Below, piece by piece: positions 28,491-43,164 of a DNA stretch of 64,000 bases. Every line of letters starts with the position of its first letter. Position 1 is the first letter of the stretch. The notes beneath the pieces are model-generated. The model worked only from the letters and a program-made list of their open reading frames with translations, searched no databases and was not told the origin of the DNA. Origin of the DNA: Eledone cirrhosa (Eukaryota); NCBI GenBank assembly GCA_964016885.1, contig OZ024747.1, forward strand, positions 53,258,001 to 53,322,000, given 5' to 3'. The translations under genes were made by a program, and so were the position numbers.

Positions 28491-28703
28491 TATTAATAAT
28501 ATAATACTCCAGATAAGATTTTTCTTGTAGAGTGCTTCATATCTGTTATGAACATAATTCTGTTGAATATTAATCAACAAAGCATATAACTCATTTTATA
28601 TATATATATATGTATATATATATATGTATATATATATGTATATATACATATATATATGTATAAATATATATATGTATAAATATATATATATATATATATA
28701 TAT

Positions 28704-28955
28704 ACGATATTAAACAAATGGAAACTATATTTATAAAACCATATTTATTTCGTTATATATATTTCTGGGATATCATATTAAAAATATTTTTAATATGATA
28801 TCCCAGAAATATATATAACGAAATAAATATGGTTTTATAAATATAGTTTCCATTTGTTTAATATCGTAAACCTACTCCCAAAACTGTTGAGTGCTTTTAT
28901 ATCAGTTATAAAATATTTACTCGTTGTAACCCAACAATTTTAAATAAAACTTTTG

Positions 28956-28958
<3 letters not shown>
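28704..28958 (+). mobile_element. Palindrome centred on HHR stem II, plus tail
   Basis: ~82-bp arms spanning 28704-28867; right arm matches the 3' half of the HHR at 47951-48016; tail 28868-28958. Confidence 0.85.
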
Positions 28959-28995
<37 letters not shown>

Positions 28996-29805
28996 ACAAG
29001 GAAGGAATTCCGTACAGGTCTAACGGGAGGAAGTAGGAATCTAGTCTGTGAATTCGGTGAACATAAGTTCTGTGAAATCGTAGACGAGAGAGAGAAAAAT
29101 AGCGAACCACCCTGACCAAGCGTGCAAAAGAAAAGAATTACGCACAGGTCAAACGGGAAGAAGAAGGAGGAGAGGTAGTAACAGAGAGTGAGTGAGTGAA
29201 GAGAGGCTAACAGAGAGAGTGACTGTTATAGAGGGTAAAGATACAGAGAAAGAGGAAGCAGTAAGAACGAAATAGACGGGTCATAGCGGGGGAAAAAATA
29301 TGTGTAAATATGAGAATATATATATATAGTTATAGAAATAACCAAAGAGTACTTAGAAATACATTGTTTTATTGTGGTTCGTGGAGACGATCTCTGGTAA
29401 TGAACGAAAAAAATGGTGATTTCAATAACCTCTGTAATTTATTTACATTATTCTTAACTCTGAAGCCTAGAATCATTCGGTTTCCTAAATAGAATTTTAG
29501 TCTACGACTTTAGTTATACCATGGACGTGGTTTTGTCTTTGCGTGTAATTATTTTCACCGCTCCAAATAATGACGTATTATTTTCGTTTTTTTCCCGTTC
29601 TTTGCCAGGGAACGTTTCCACGAACCAAAGTATCGTCTTCCTGTCTGCCTTCGGTTGCAACGTTTTTCGAAATATTTACTACTGCGTTCACAGATTGATT
29701 TTTTAGTTTCAGAAAATCCCGTTAAGGGTGAAAGTAGCGATTCTTTGCTTAAACTTTAATCTGTTATTTTAATAAATATATATATAGAGAGTGAGAGAGA
29801 GAGAA

Positions 29806-29946
29806 TGAGAGGTAGAACATTGGAAGGTAATATCCGTAGTGGTAGAGCACTCAGTCCATTGGACGAGTTAGGTAGAAGTAGTAACACCATACCGAGAACA
29901 ATTGTTCTCGGTATGGTGAACTAACTGTTGTGTTACCACTTCTACA
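29806..29946 (-). mobile_element. Small hairpin+tail element
   Basis: Palindrome 29872-29945; tail with ACTC...GAGTGCT on the minus strand. Confidence 0.6.
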
Positions 29947-30069
29947 TATATGTGTGTGTGTGTGAATAAACTTTTAAATTTCAATAAATGCTCGGATCTA
30001 TTCATTAGAATTTTTTAACTTTTATATAACTGTGATTTTTCTCAGACATGACTTCTAAAACGTTGTTAG

Positions 30070-30112
<43 letters not shown>

Positions 30113-30201
30113 GAAAAATTGAACAGGGACAGAACAGAGAGGCAGTACGATAAATGTTTATTAAATTCACGCTCAGGAGAGTGGGGGGGGGGTAGGTGGA
30201 G

Positions 30202-30240
30202 GACGACGTTTCGGGCATAAGACCTTCTTCAGGTGAGAGT
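30202..30240 (-). ncRNA. Hammerhead core (PLE-type), stem I interrupted
   Basis: CTGAAGA-AGGTCTTATGCCC-GAAA-CGTCG-TC. Confidence 0.5.
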
Positions 30241-31699
30241 TCAAAAGGTGTGTAGGGGAGTGGTGGAGAGACATATAGCGAAAGGAAACGGTGCGACTGA
30301 AAAATTAACAAATAAAGACAAAAATATAATAAATAATCAATAAAAATAAAAATAAAGCATGATCAAAATACAAGGAATGAGAACATTTAAAAATAAAGGC
30401 TTGATCAAAATAAACTGAAATTAAAAGGGGGGTAAACAGGTGGTGGAAGGGTGTGGGGTGAGTAGGGGTGGTGGCGGGTGGAGTGGGGAGAGGGAGACGG
30501 GGTGTCCGAGCGGGGAGGGCTGAAGGTGGTGTGTGTGGTTAGGTGTGCGTGTGTGTGTGTGTGTGTGTATGTGAAAGTGAGGGTTGGGGGAAGAACGGGG
30601 TTGCATGTTCAGGAAGGTGTGTGTGGGGGGTGTTTTTGTGGGTCGGAGGGTCTGTGCGTGTGTGGATAGGAGGGTGGGGGGGAGAGGAATCAGGGGGCTG
30701 AGGGTGTAAATATGTGGTGGGAAGCACGTGTGTGTGGTTTAAGCGTGTTGTGGGTGTGGGTGGCGTGTGGATAAAAAAAATTGTTTTGGGATGTGTGTGT
30801 GGGTGAGTTATATAGGTGATGGTGTAAGAGGATGGTTGAAAGTGGTAAGTTACACGGATGTATGGAGAAATATAATATGTATATATATATACATATATAT
30901 ATGTATATTAATAAAGTTAGTCCTTCATCAGTGATCTTCCAACCTTCATTGGTATTTCATCGCTTTAAAGACCATATACCTCCGGCTGGTGCGAGCAACG
31001 GCTAAAGAAAGTCATATATATATATACATAGTATGTATACACTCACACACAATGTCGTAGACCGTCATATATTCCTGTGAAAATTTAAACAGATTTCTCG
31101 TCAAAATTTAAATAAAGCTTTTACAATTTCTCTCTCATTAATTTATTTCAATAACAATAACCACAAAGAAATATGTAAACAAAAAACATAAAAGTGGGGC
31201 GCGGTTTGTGTTGTTAAAAAAACAACGATATGTGAAGGAATGATACAAAAGTTGTCAACTAAACATAAATGAAAACCACAATCTCACACAATGTATGTTC
31301 TTCTTTGAAATTGAAGGACACTGTTGCTTATTGAAACAAAACAGCGTATTCGTCTTGATTGGAACGTATTTCAGTCTGCCTTTCTATGCCACGTGAAAAC
31401 ATTAATCTATATCTAGAATGTTCCTCTTCAAGGCGCAAGACTGGATAATGTTTTTTGTAAAAACCAGCTGACACCCATGTGCACAATTCAGAACTGATTA
31501 ATTTTATTTATGGAATATACCATGTAAATACAGTTGAATAGAGAAAGAAAAAAAGAAAATTTAGTTTGAGAAGAAAGAATATAGGAAAATATAAAGAACT
31601 CTCTCCACGCCACTAACGTTTTCTATGGGAAATGTAAAGGCCGACAGAACTTGGCACCTGTAATATCGCAGAACACAGCGGTTGTCTGTGCTCTTATGG

Positions 31700-32068
31700 T
31701 CCTTTCACCAATGTATGACTGTGTTTGACGGTAATTTTACCGATATATGTTTTATCGGACTGCTGACTGATGTATGACAGTTGTTTGGTGGACCCTTCAT
31801 CCATGTATGACAATTATTTGATAGTCCGTTTCACCAACCTATGACACTTGTTAGATAGTCCCTTTCACCAACCTATGACTTGTTTGATGGTCCTTTCACC
31901 AACCTATGACAATTGTTTGATGTTCTTTTCACAATGTATGACAATTGTTTGGTGGTCCTTTTACTAATGCATGACAATTGTTTGATGGTCCTTTTACTAA
32001 TGTATGACAGTTGTTTGATGGTCCTTTTACTAATGCATGACAGTAGTTTGATTGTACTTTCACCAATT
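31700..32068. repeat. Degenerate ~36-bp tandem repeat
   Basis: Recurrent TGTTTGATGGTCCTTTYACYAATGYATGACA. Confidence 0.8.
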
Positions 32069-32759
32069 TATCTCTTGTTTGATAATATAATCATCAATTA
32101 TTTTCTGGGCTGCTGTTTGACATAGGCATGTACAATATATGACCGGTATATGTAATAGTAGTATATCATTCTTATTTTAACAAATCTTCCTATATGTTGT
32201 TTGAGATATATTATCAATGTTCGACGGTTGGTTGATGATATACTCATCAAGCGACTGTCAAACACTGGACTGATGTTTGATGACAGTCATATCAACACAA
32301 TAACCAATATATTTTACGATACTTCAGTCAAATTTTATCAAAGCTTTATCCTTGTTTTCTGTGATTTGTTTGATTGTTGTTTGACCAATGTACGACAGTT
32401 GTTTGATGATATGCTTATCAATAAATAGCTTATGTTTGACCAAAGTCACGTACAAAATACGACCAGCCATTTTATATAGATTATATATAACTTTCTTGTA
32501 AAATATCGTCATCTTGCATGAAGATTGAGAGTAGTTTCCTTGGTCTGTGGCTGATGTTTCTTGATATAGATATCAATAATTAACTCTGCCAATATTTGAT
32601 CAAAAATCTGAACACAATATGACTGATATTATATACACCATAATGAACCGTCTTTCAGGGTCCTGTTTGATTGTAATTTTCCCATTTTTCGATAGTTGTA
32701 TATAAATTTAGGCCTCAATAATTGGCTGATTTTGAACCAAATATATATAATATATAAAT

Positions 32760-33040
32760 CTTCTTCTTCACCCACTTATTCCTGAGAGGGTCGTGGGGGC
32801 AGAGCCCTCAAACACTCCTTCCAGTGGGTCGTGTCAGAAACAACCGTCTCCAACTGATCCGGCTGGATCTCCAAGCAGAGACCAGACAATCTCAAGGATG
32901 TTATCCAACCATCTTGCTCGAGGTCTACCCCTATGTCTCCTGTCGGTTGGTTTTGCCCGTAAAATCCGCTCAACAATTCTTTCCTGAGACATTCTAAATA
33001 CATGCCCATTGTATCGGAGCTGTGATCTCTCAATTTGAAG
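32760..33040 (-). pseudogene. RTE-like LINE 3' end
   Basis: RYNGHVFRM..ERI..RI..AKP.G.R.RGRP.RW-type peptide and (GAA)n tail. Confidence 0.75.
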
Positions 33041-33048
33041 AATATATG

Positions 33049-33089
<41 letters not shown>

Positions 33090-33093
<4 letters not shown>

Positions 33094-33287
33094 AAACGGT
33101 AAGACCCCGACGGCTGAGCTCAAGCCGTTTCGACGGCTAATTCTGGAATAGTCCAGAATTAGCCGTCGAAACGGCTTGAGCTCAGCCGTCGGGGTCTTAC
33201 GGGTTCCTATTAACCACTCTACTACCCTAAGTATTGAGTACTTTGGTGCGTTATGGTCCACCTGGTTCCTTACCACATTTCCTTCGT
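33090..33287 (+). mobile_element. Hairpin+tail element, copy 5
   Basis: Homologous to 2989-3185. Confidence 0.9.
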
Positions 33288-33502
33288 TATATATATATAT
33301 ATATATATGTAATATGAAATACGTCCCTTCACGCACAAGGCGCCAAGGTACGCCTAGTTTGACCTACCTCCTTTTGCCTCTATCTTTGCTACGGCCCTTG
33401 ATAAACCTGTTCTACATCATCCACTCTCATCCCAGGAACAGTTTTTGATAGCGCTAGTTTGTGATTTAAATTCAGGAATTTTATATTCGTTGAATGAAAA
33501 GA

Positions 33503-33586
33503 ACCTTCTGACGAGAATCTCTCTTTGCAACGAAGGCCGTATGGTCTCCGTTTTATTTTTGGGATTCGAAACCGATCGGTAAAGGT
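33503..33586 (+). ncRNA. Type-I hammerhead ribozyme
   Basis: ACCTT-CTGACGA-GAATCTC..GGGATTC-GAAA-CCGATCGG-TA-AAGGT. Confidence 0.85.
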
Positions 33587-33985
33587 AACTATAGTAGGTA
33601 AAGTCAATTTTTTAAAATTTATTTTGAAACTTTTTCATTATTTACTAAACCTTGTTTATATTTGTTCTGGCTCGTTAATTTATTAACCCGCCATTGAACC
33701 ACATTGGCACTTGGTTGGACAATACATGCGTACCTTGGCGCCTTGTGCGTGAAGGGACGTATTTCATATTACTACTACCTCCACTAACGTTGAGAACAAA
33801 CCGGGTCATTCCGACTGCTGCTGGCAACAGCGGTGGCTAGTTTGACCTACCTCCTTTTGCCTCTATCTTTGCTACGGCCCTTGATAAACCTGTTCTACAT
33901 CATCCACTCTCATCCCAGGAACAGTTTTTGATAGCGCTAGTTTGTGATTTAAATTCAGGAATTTTATATTCTTTGAATGAAAAGA

Positions 33986-34069
33986 ACCTTCTGACGAGAA
34001 TCTCTCTTTGCAACGAAGGCGGTATGGTCTCCGTTTTATTTTTGGGATTCGAAACCGATCGGTAAAGGT
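33986..34069 (+). ncRNA. Type-I hammerhead ribozyme (second tandem copy)
   Basis: Same as 33503-33586. Confidence 0.85.
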
Positions 34070-34136
34070 AACTATAGTAGGTAAAGTCAATTTTTTAAAA
34101 TTTATTTTGAAACTTTTTCATTATTTACTAAACCTT

Positions 34137-34249
<113 letters not shown>

Positions 34250-34693
34250 GAGAGATCTTATTATAGCAAATTTTTCTCGGTGTTGTTTCATTGTAATTTC
34301 ACCGATGTATGATAGTTGTTTGATAAAATTATCATTAGCAATTGATTAATGTCTGACCAAAGTCATGTGTGCCATATCAAGGACGTATATACATACATTA
34401 CATGAAAGATTTTTTTAGCAAAACCTATTCCTGTGTACTGTTTGCATAGTGACTATATATCGTTAGATATTCTGTCTGATCACAAGTTGACCGCTGTTTG
34501 ACACAACAGCATCTGAATAATTTATAGTCGTACATTGATTTCATGTTTTCTATTTATGTTAGTATTCAATGAAAGACAAATAAAAAGGGGGTAGTGTCTG
34601 ATCTAGGAAGGGTGAGAGTGGTCTAGGAGGGTGGGGTTAATGAACATAATGGATGACTAAAATAACATGTAAAAGGTTCATATATACACGAAA

Positions 34694-34730
<37 letters not shown>

Positions 34731-34734
<4 letters not shown>

Positions 34735-34934
34735 AACCAGTAAGACACCGACGGCTGAGCTCAAGCCGTTTCGACGGCTAATTCTGGACCCGAATTGGTC
34801 CAGAATTAGCCGTCGAAACGGGTTGAGCTCAGCCGTCGGGGTCTTACTGGTTCCTATTACCCACTCTACTACCCTAAGTATTGAGTACTTTGGTGCGTTA
34901 TGGTCCACCTGGTTTCTTACCACATTTCCTTCGT
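34731..34934 (+). mobile_element. Hairpin+tail element, copy 6
   Basis: Homologous to 2989-3185. Confidence 0.9.
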
Positions 34935-34999
<65 letters not shown>

Positions 35000-35004
<5 letters not shown>

Positions 35005-35300
35005 TAGATAGATAGATATATTTCTTTATTAGCCACAGGGGCACAAAAGAAGGGGACAAATACAAAGGGGAAAGTTTACATACAATAAAAACGTGTAAAA
35101 TACTATCACAAATGCAATTTAAAAATCAATCGATAGATAGATAGTTAAATAGAAAGATATATTTCTTTATTTACCATAAAGGCATAAAAAGAAGGGACAA
35201 ATACAAAGGGGGAGTTTACATAAAACCGAGTAAAAAGGGTATAAAATGAAAATAATCGAAAACAACCTCAAAAGGGAGGGGACGTGATGGGGGTTGCACA
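35000..35300 (-). mobile_element. Two short 3'UTR fragments of the Tx1/L1-like LINE
   Basis: Reverse complement matches 52565-52630, including the AATAAAGAAA-(TCTA)n end. Confidence 0.7.
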
Positions 35301-35409
35301 CACCCCAATAGTTAAATAGATAGATAGATAAATAGATAGATACATCGGTACGTATATACGTAGGTATATATATTCGTGTATTCCTAAAATAATCTGATAT
35401 TCGTATGGA

Positions 35410-35505
35410 TCTAAACCTTGATACACACTCAAAACCTTGATACACACTCTAAACCTTGATACACACTCTAAACCTTGATACACACTCTAAACCTTGATAC
35501 ACACT
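35410..35505. repeat. 19-bp tandem repeat (5 copies)
   Basis: CTAAACCTTGATACACACT. Confidence 0.9.
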
Positions 35506-35590
35506 TAATCACACAGACACATTTTTTCAGTCCAAAACACTACATGAATATATATATATAGTTTGTTTGAAACATATTGATAACTATATA

Positions 35591-35684
<94 letters not shown>

Positions 35685-35737
35685 TGTATATATGTACGTA
35701 TATATATATATATATATATGTGTATGTATATATGTAC

Positions 35738-35825
<88 letters not shown>

Positions 35826-35888
35826 GTATATATGAAAATATATGTATATATGTATATGTATATAGGTATATATATATATGTATATATA

Positions 35889-35921
<33 letters not shown>

Positions 35922-35933
35922 ATATGTTTATAT

Positions 35934-35966
<33 letters not shown>

Positions 35967-36415
35967 CATGCATTATTATACGCATGTAACATCTTATAAA
36001 ATTGTACATATATAAACAAGGGTAGAGATGAATACATTTCTGGATAAGGGTGGAGAGGACTGGGTAGGAGTGAACACAAAGACTGTCCGTCATGATTCGT
36101 GATAACCTGAAACCCCTGGAAATGGGGTAGATTGTTTTAATGAATGTATGTATTGTTATAAAAATTAAGGGAAACATGTGTGTGAGGGGTAATGAAAATA
36201 TTCATTGTGGCAGGAAATAATTGGTTCAAATCCGTGATTTTGGTTAGAATTTCAAGAATTCTTTATTATAATAATGGGTATGTATATATATATATATATA
36301 TGAATATATATATATACACACACATATATGTATATATATATATCTATTATTATAATATGTATATACATATGTGAATGGGTTTTTGCGTGTACATACATAC
36401 ATATAGACTGCATTA

Positions 36416-36496
<81 letters not shown>

Positions 36497-36887
36497 CGTC
36501 TATACTCTACAATGGAATTTCTGAGAAAATTCATGATTTAAAGAGCTGCTGAGAGTGAAAGCAATAAAACAAGTATATCATATGAAAATAAAAATACAAA
36601 TAGAGATAAAAAAAATAAAACATAATGCAGAGAAAAGTCGAAATATAAAGAAAATAACCAAATAAAAATATTAATATAAAAAAAAAACGAGAAATATATG
36701 AAGAAAGGAGAAAAAATATTGAAGAAATCTTTGTTGAAATGACGAAAAAAATATAGAGAAATTGTAAAAAGAAAATACTACGAATGATAGTAATAAAACT
36801 AGAATAAAAACTAATGAAAATATGAATAATGGAATAATGGTAATAATGATAATAATATTAAAAACAAAATAATAATATTAATAATAA

Positions 36888-36944
<57 letters not shown>

Positions 36945-37055
36945 AAGTAGTTTTAGTAGTAGTTTTAGTAGTAGTAGTAGTAGTAATAGCCGTAAAATAA
37001 AAATGAAAATCATTATAAATCTGAAGAATAGTCAAAATGAAATAATAAATAAATA

Positions 37056-37118
<63 letters not shown>

Positions 37119-37252
37119 GCATGAAAAATAGAGAAATTGAAGAGAATTGATGGATAAGAAAAAATACTGAAAGAAATCCTCAAATATCTTTTGAATAGTG
37201 AAGAAAGGAAAGGTTAAAGAAAAAAAAGCAAGCTGAGACACACATGCATATT

Positions 37253-37327
<75 letters not shown>

Positions 37328-37588
37328 GGGAGATAGATAGATAGATAGAGGTGGTTATGTGTAATTTTATATATTGCTAATAGACATAAATTGAATTAAA
37401 TGCATGCAAAGTATTGTGAAATCTAAGTGACAGTGGATGTATTAAATATACTTCACACAGGTAAAGAAGAAGCATTCGAGTATGGATGTGGGTTGGACAA
37501 GTTTAGTGCACTTAGAAACATCCATTCTGTATACTATCTAGAACAGGTGAAATATATTGATCAAACTTGGAAGTATGTGTGTGTGTGC

Positions 37589-37629
<41 letters not shown>

Positions 37630-37836
37630 GTGCGTGTGTGTATGTGTTTATGTTTGTATGTGTATGATGATATATTTATTGTTTAATCTATGTTACTACT
37701 CTGTGTAATATCAGCACTATAATATACACCACTCTGCTTCTGTGTTGAGAAGTATACATACATATATATATAGACACACACGCAAACATACATACACACA
37801 CACACACACTCACACTCACGCACACACACTCACACT

Positions 37837-37895
<59 letters not shown>

Positions 37896-38527
37896 TTACA
37901 TACATACATTCATAAGCCAAAAATCATAACCAGACATAAATCTGGTACTGACATACATACACACACACGCACACCCATACTCATATATATATATACTTAC
38001 ACACACAATCAAGCATGCTGACACATACATACACCGTGAAAAAAAAAGGAAACAACTAAAAAAAGATTTTAAAAGAGATTTTTCATCTTTCACATATTTT
38101 TTCTGTGAAATTACATTGTATTTTACCATTTTTTGCAGTTGGAATTCTTTGTTAAAATGTCTTGGAGAAAAAAATGGAGAGAAATTCCAAAAATTTCTTT
38201 CATTTTTTTTGGCCTGTGTATCTCATCTAATTTTTTTCCGTAAATTTTATAATGTTTTTTTTTTTTTTGGGTGCTACACTTCTTGTTATTGATGTTGTTA
38301 CTCTTGTTAATGTTATTACTGTTGTAGTAGTTGTGATTGCTTTTATTGCTGCTGTTGATGTTGTGATCGTTGTTATTGTTGTTACATACATTTGTTTAAT
38401 TTTATGTGCATTGTTTACTGCAGCTATTATCACCATCGTTACCTGATTAAATTATATATATATATATATATATTTGTCATATGCATGTACATATGTACCA
38501 GCATACATACATACATACATACATACA

Positions 38528-38563
<36 letters not shown>

Positions 38564-38572
38564 TACACACAC

Positions 38573-39000
38573 ATGGTGTCTGCCAACTCGTTTTCGAGTA
38601 CCGTTTTCGAGTGCCGTAGAGCTTTTATAGTGAGCAAAGGCACTGCACAAAGCCAGTCCCACTCTCTTAACCAAGATGATATTTACCAAAAAGAAGAACA
38701 AGTCAACATCATTAGATACAATCAGGGTTGCAGGTGTTATATCAGAGTTTTCCTTCTCCTAGAATTCTGCCTTGACAAAGGCTAAGGGGTCATCTCTCCC
38801 GGTGATTTTGGATGGCCATTGATTCTTAAGAGCTCGTTTGCCCTTTGACAGGTTTTGTTTTTAGTCCTGCAGGATGTCCAAAGTCACCCTCCTCACCAAG
38901 AAACCTTGGTGGAGTTGCCAGTTTAGTCGCCAACGACCTGACCATGAGACAGGTTGTACTGGGATACATGTTACCAGTAGCACCAACTGGTGACCTGACA
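38573..39000 (-). mobile_element. RTE-5'UTR-like element, internally deleted
   Basis: Homologous to 22228-22835. Confidence 0.75.
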
Positions 39001-39031
39001 TAAACACATACACACACATACATACACACAT

Positions 39032-39094
<63 letters not shown>

Positions 39095-39281
39095 CATTTA
39101 TTAAAAACAATATAGAGTCAATCTGATGCATAAATACATTGATATGTACAGATTCATACACATGCGCACATGCATACATACAAAATGCATACCCATAAGT
39201 AGATGGATAAACATATGATGAGGATGATGATCATGATGATGATGATGATTTTAATGATGATGATGATGATGGTTAACATAA

Positions 39282-39470
39282 CAATTGTTTCTACTTTAGG
39301 CACAAGGCCAGCAATTAACCAGTGCATTACTGGTACTTTATTTTATCGATCCCCTAAGGATGAAAGCAAAGTCAACCTCGGGGGGATTTGAACTCAGATC
39401 GTAAAGGGACGTAACTATGCTGGAAAGCATGGCGTCCGATCCTCTACCGATACTGCCAATCCACCGCCCT
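39282..39470 (-). mobile_element. tRNA-derived SINE
   Basis: Same family as 14883-15072. Confidence 0.9.
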
Positions 39471-39834
39471 TTAACATAATAATGATGCCTAACACAAGAT
39501 CTCGTGTATATATATATATATATATATATACATGTGTTAAAAAGGTATATCATATTTATGAATTATATTTGATTGTGCATAAGTGACACCATGAGTTTAG
39601 TTACATCTCCATTTGCAGGTATCATATACAACGTGCCATATATTTTGGATTAAGGGGTTTTATGTTTCAATAGAGAAGTCACCTCTCCTTTTCCTATGCA
39701 ACATATATAATGAACCATATATTTTGAATTAAATCTTTGTAGGTCCAGTAGACAAGTCACATACAACATTCAGAATGTAAAATATATTTTGAATAAAAGA
39801 TTTATAGCCCAAGAAAATAAATCCCATGCTATAA

Positions 39835-40042
39835 TAAGTTTGTGGTCAAGGCTGTGGCAGTGGAGATATGCAGAATTGTTGATCCCTGGACAACATCCCT
39901 ACTCACTGAGATCAAGTCAGAGTTAGCTACCCACAAATGTGAGCGCTGTGTGGTAGAGTAGCTATTCCAATTTGTCTCCATCCTCCAGGGTAATGTCTTC
40001 TCCATTCTCTCCACCAGGACCATGAGGAGGACTGACCCTTGA
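39835..40042 (+). pseudogene. C-terminal restriction-like endonuclease fragment of a CRE/R2-group non-LTR element
   Basis: AVAVEICRIVDP..SLLTEIKSELA...LFQFVSILQGNVFSIL resembles the AVET.G...L.EL...LFQRLS...QRGNA.SIL motif. Confidence 0.55.
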
Positions 40043-40119
40043 ACAGACCTCACTCACACGGTTATAAAACTAAGGTAGACAAGTGTGACTTATACATGAG
40101 TGTATATGGTATATTGTAC

Positions 40120-41410
40120 TAAACTGTACTACAACATACTATACCACACCACATCATAAAACACTTTACCACATTATAGCACCCAGTACAACATACTATA
40201 CTGTACTACATTATAATATACCACATCATAAAACACTTTACTACAGCATAGCACCCAGCACAACATACTATACTGTACTACATTATAATATACCACATCA
40301 TAAAACACTTTACTACAGCATAGCACCCAATACTACAACATACTATACTGTACTACATTATAATATACCACATCATAAAACACTTTACTACAGCATAGCA
40401 CCCAGCACTACAACATACTATACTGTACTACATTATAATATACCACATCATAAAACACTTTACTACAGCATAGCACCCAATACTACAACATACTATACTG
40501 TACTACATTATAATATACCACATCATAAAACACTGTACTACAACATAGCACCCAGCACTACAACATACTATACTGTACTACATTATAATATACCACATCA
40601 TAAAACACCTTACTACAACATAGCACCCAGCACTACAACATACTATACTGTACTACATTATAATATACCACATCATAAAACACTTTACTACAGCATAGCA
40701 CCCAGCACTACAACATACTATACTGTACTACATTATAATATACCACATCATAAAACACCTTACTACAACATAGCACCCAGCACTACAACATACTATACTG
40801 TACTACATTATAATATACCACATCATAAAACACTTTACTACAGCATAGCACCCAGCACTACAACATACTATACTGTACTACGTTATAATATACCACATCA
40901 TAAAACACTTTACTACAGCATAGCACCCAGCACTACAACATACTATACTGTACTACATTATAATATACCACATCATAAAACATTTTACTACAGCATAGCA
41001 CCCAGCACTACAACATACTATACTACGTTATAATATACCACATCATAAAACACTTTACTACAGCATAGCACCCAGCACTACAACATACTATACTGTACTA
41101 CATTATAATATACCACATCATAAAACATTTTACTACAGCATAGCACCCAGCACTACAACATACTATACTCTACTACATTATAATATACCACATCATAAAA
41201 CACTTTACTACAGCATAGCACCCAATACTACAACATACTATACTGTACTACATTATAATATACCACATAATAAAACACTGTACTACAACATAGCACCCAG
41301 CACTACAACATACTATACTGTACTACATTATAATATACCACATCATAAAACACCTTACTACAGCATAGCACCCAGCACTACAACATGCTATACTGTATTA
41401 CAGTATACTG
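40120..41410. repeat. 75-bp minisatellite (~17 copies)
   Basis: CACTTTACTA at 40381, 40456 and onward. Confidence 0.95.
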
Positions 41411-41967
41411 AACTGCATCACAAATGCAGATATATAGATATTCCATTGAAAAGCTGTGTTACAATGTCCTGATGTAAATCGAGTAGAGGCTAGCTCAACC
41501 TCAAATATCCATCAGTATTTGTAGAGCATTAAGCCCTTGAAACCATACCTAATTAGAACATATATGCAGGATGTGATCATCTGACATGTCTTGTCTCAGA
41601 AGATATCAGTAGGGTAACAGTAGCAACATCAACAGCTATACAACAGCCATAATCTAGACAAACAACAACAACAACAACAACAACAACAAGAACAACAAAA
41701 TCTACAACAACGGTAATAAAAAAACAACAGCAACAACAGTAACACAAACAATAACAGCAGTAACAACGGTGACAACAAAAAACAACAGAAGAAACAATGA
41801 CAACAAGAACGCGAGCAGTAACAACAAAAAGAACAACAATGAGAAAAACAATAATTGCTGCTAGAAATTAAAACATTAAAGAAATCAATAATAATACAAT
41901 GGAAATAGCAGTAAAACTTGGTGTTTCAGTTAAGTGATTCAGCTGACCATCTTTATAGTGGGTGAGA

Positions 41968-42108
<141 letters not shown>

Positions 42109-42310
42109 CACCTTTATATACAGATATATATATACAGATATATACATACATATATATATACATATGCATATACATACATATATATATACATACATATATA
42201 CATATGTATACATACACATATATACATACATATACGTACATATACATACATACACATATATATATATATATATATAATTTCTATACTTTTCATTTATATA
42301 CATATATATA

Positions 42311-42390
<80 letters not shown>

Positions 42391-42410
42391 AAGAGAGACA
42401 GAAAAAGAGC

Positions 42411-42485
<75 letters not shown>

Positions 42486-42506
42486 GGAGAGAGAGAGAGA
42501 GAGGGG

Positions 42507-42545
<39 letters not shown>

Positions 42546-42634
42546 CTGGCTATCTTTATTGTGTGTAAGGGTGAAAGCAGCGATTCTTTCCTTAAACTTT
42601 AATCTGTTATTTTAATCAATATATATATATATAA

Positions 42635-43018
42635 TAAATGTTCGGTGAATCCATACGTGCATATAGATATGTGTGCATGTATGTATATATATATATACAT
42701 ACTACTGTACGTCGGTATACATATATGTATGTACGTGTACATACTTATATTTAAGTAACAGCTGTACTAAGAGTGGGAAATGAAATATCGTTTCATTTTT
42801 TCCGTTTATCGTTTTCGGTGCACCCGGCCGATTAACCCACTCGATATGCAAATTGGGCTACTCAGCCGTTAATATGCATAAGGTAAGTATATACGTTCAA
42901 CAATCTGGCAGGAAGGTATACGTTGCTGACGATAGCTAACAAGCTTGAAACTAGTACAGCGTTCCTTTGTCAGTGTTGAACAAACGAACAACGGTGGTTG
43001 CTAGACACTACGGCTTAA
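42635..43018. repeat. Dispersed repeat (inverted relative of 9255-9725)
   Basis: Shares GTTGCTGACGATAGCTAA..AAGCTTGAAACTAGTA and other blocks. Confidence 0.8.
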
Positions 43019-43055
43019 TACACATTAATTCAAAATATTAACAAAAATAGAAATA

Positions 43056-43122
43056 TATTTTATTATAGATATTTCAGAGGTACTGAGCTATCTTCAACAG
43101 TACGTCCTCATCAGATAAAATA
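43056..43122 (-). ncRNA. Minimal hammerhead ribozyme (inverted pLTR upstream of a PLE remnant)
   Basis: TATTTTAT-CTGATGA-GGACGTACTG..CAGTACCTCT-GAAA-TATCTA-TA-ATAAAATA. Confidence 0.85.
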
Positions 43123-43164
43123 AGATGATGCATGACATACCCGGACATAGTAGATGGTATATAT

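Noticed and set aside
29705-29775. HHR-like CAGAARA..GAAA end shared with ~42565 and ~62510
   Set aside because: Core and cleavage triplet non-canonical in all three copies
31329-31494. Possible minus-strand terminal exon (~55 codons)
   Set aside because: Short and with no recognisable domain; would need RNA-seq
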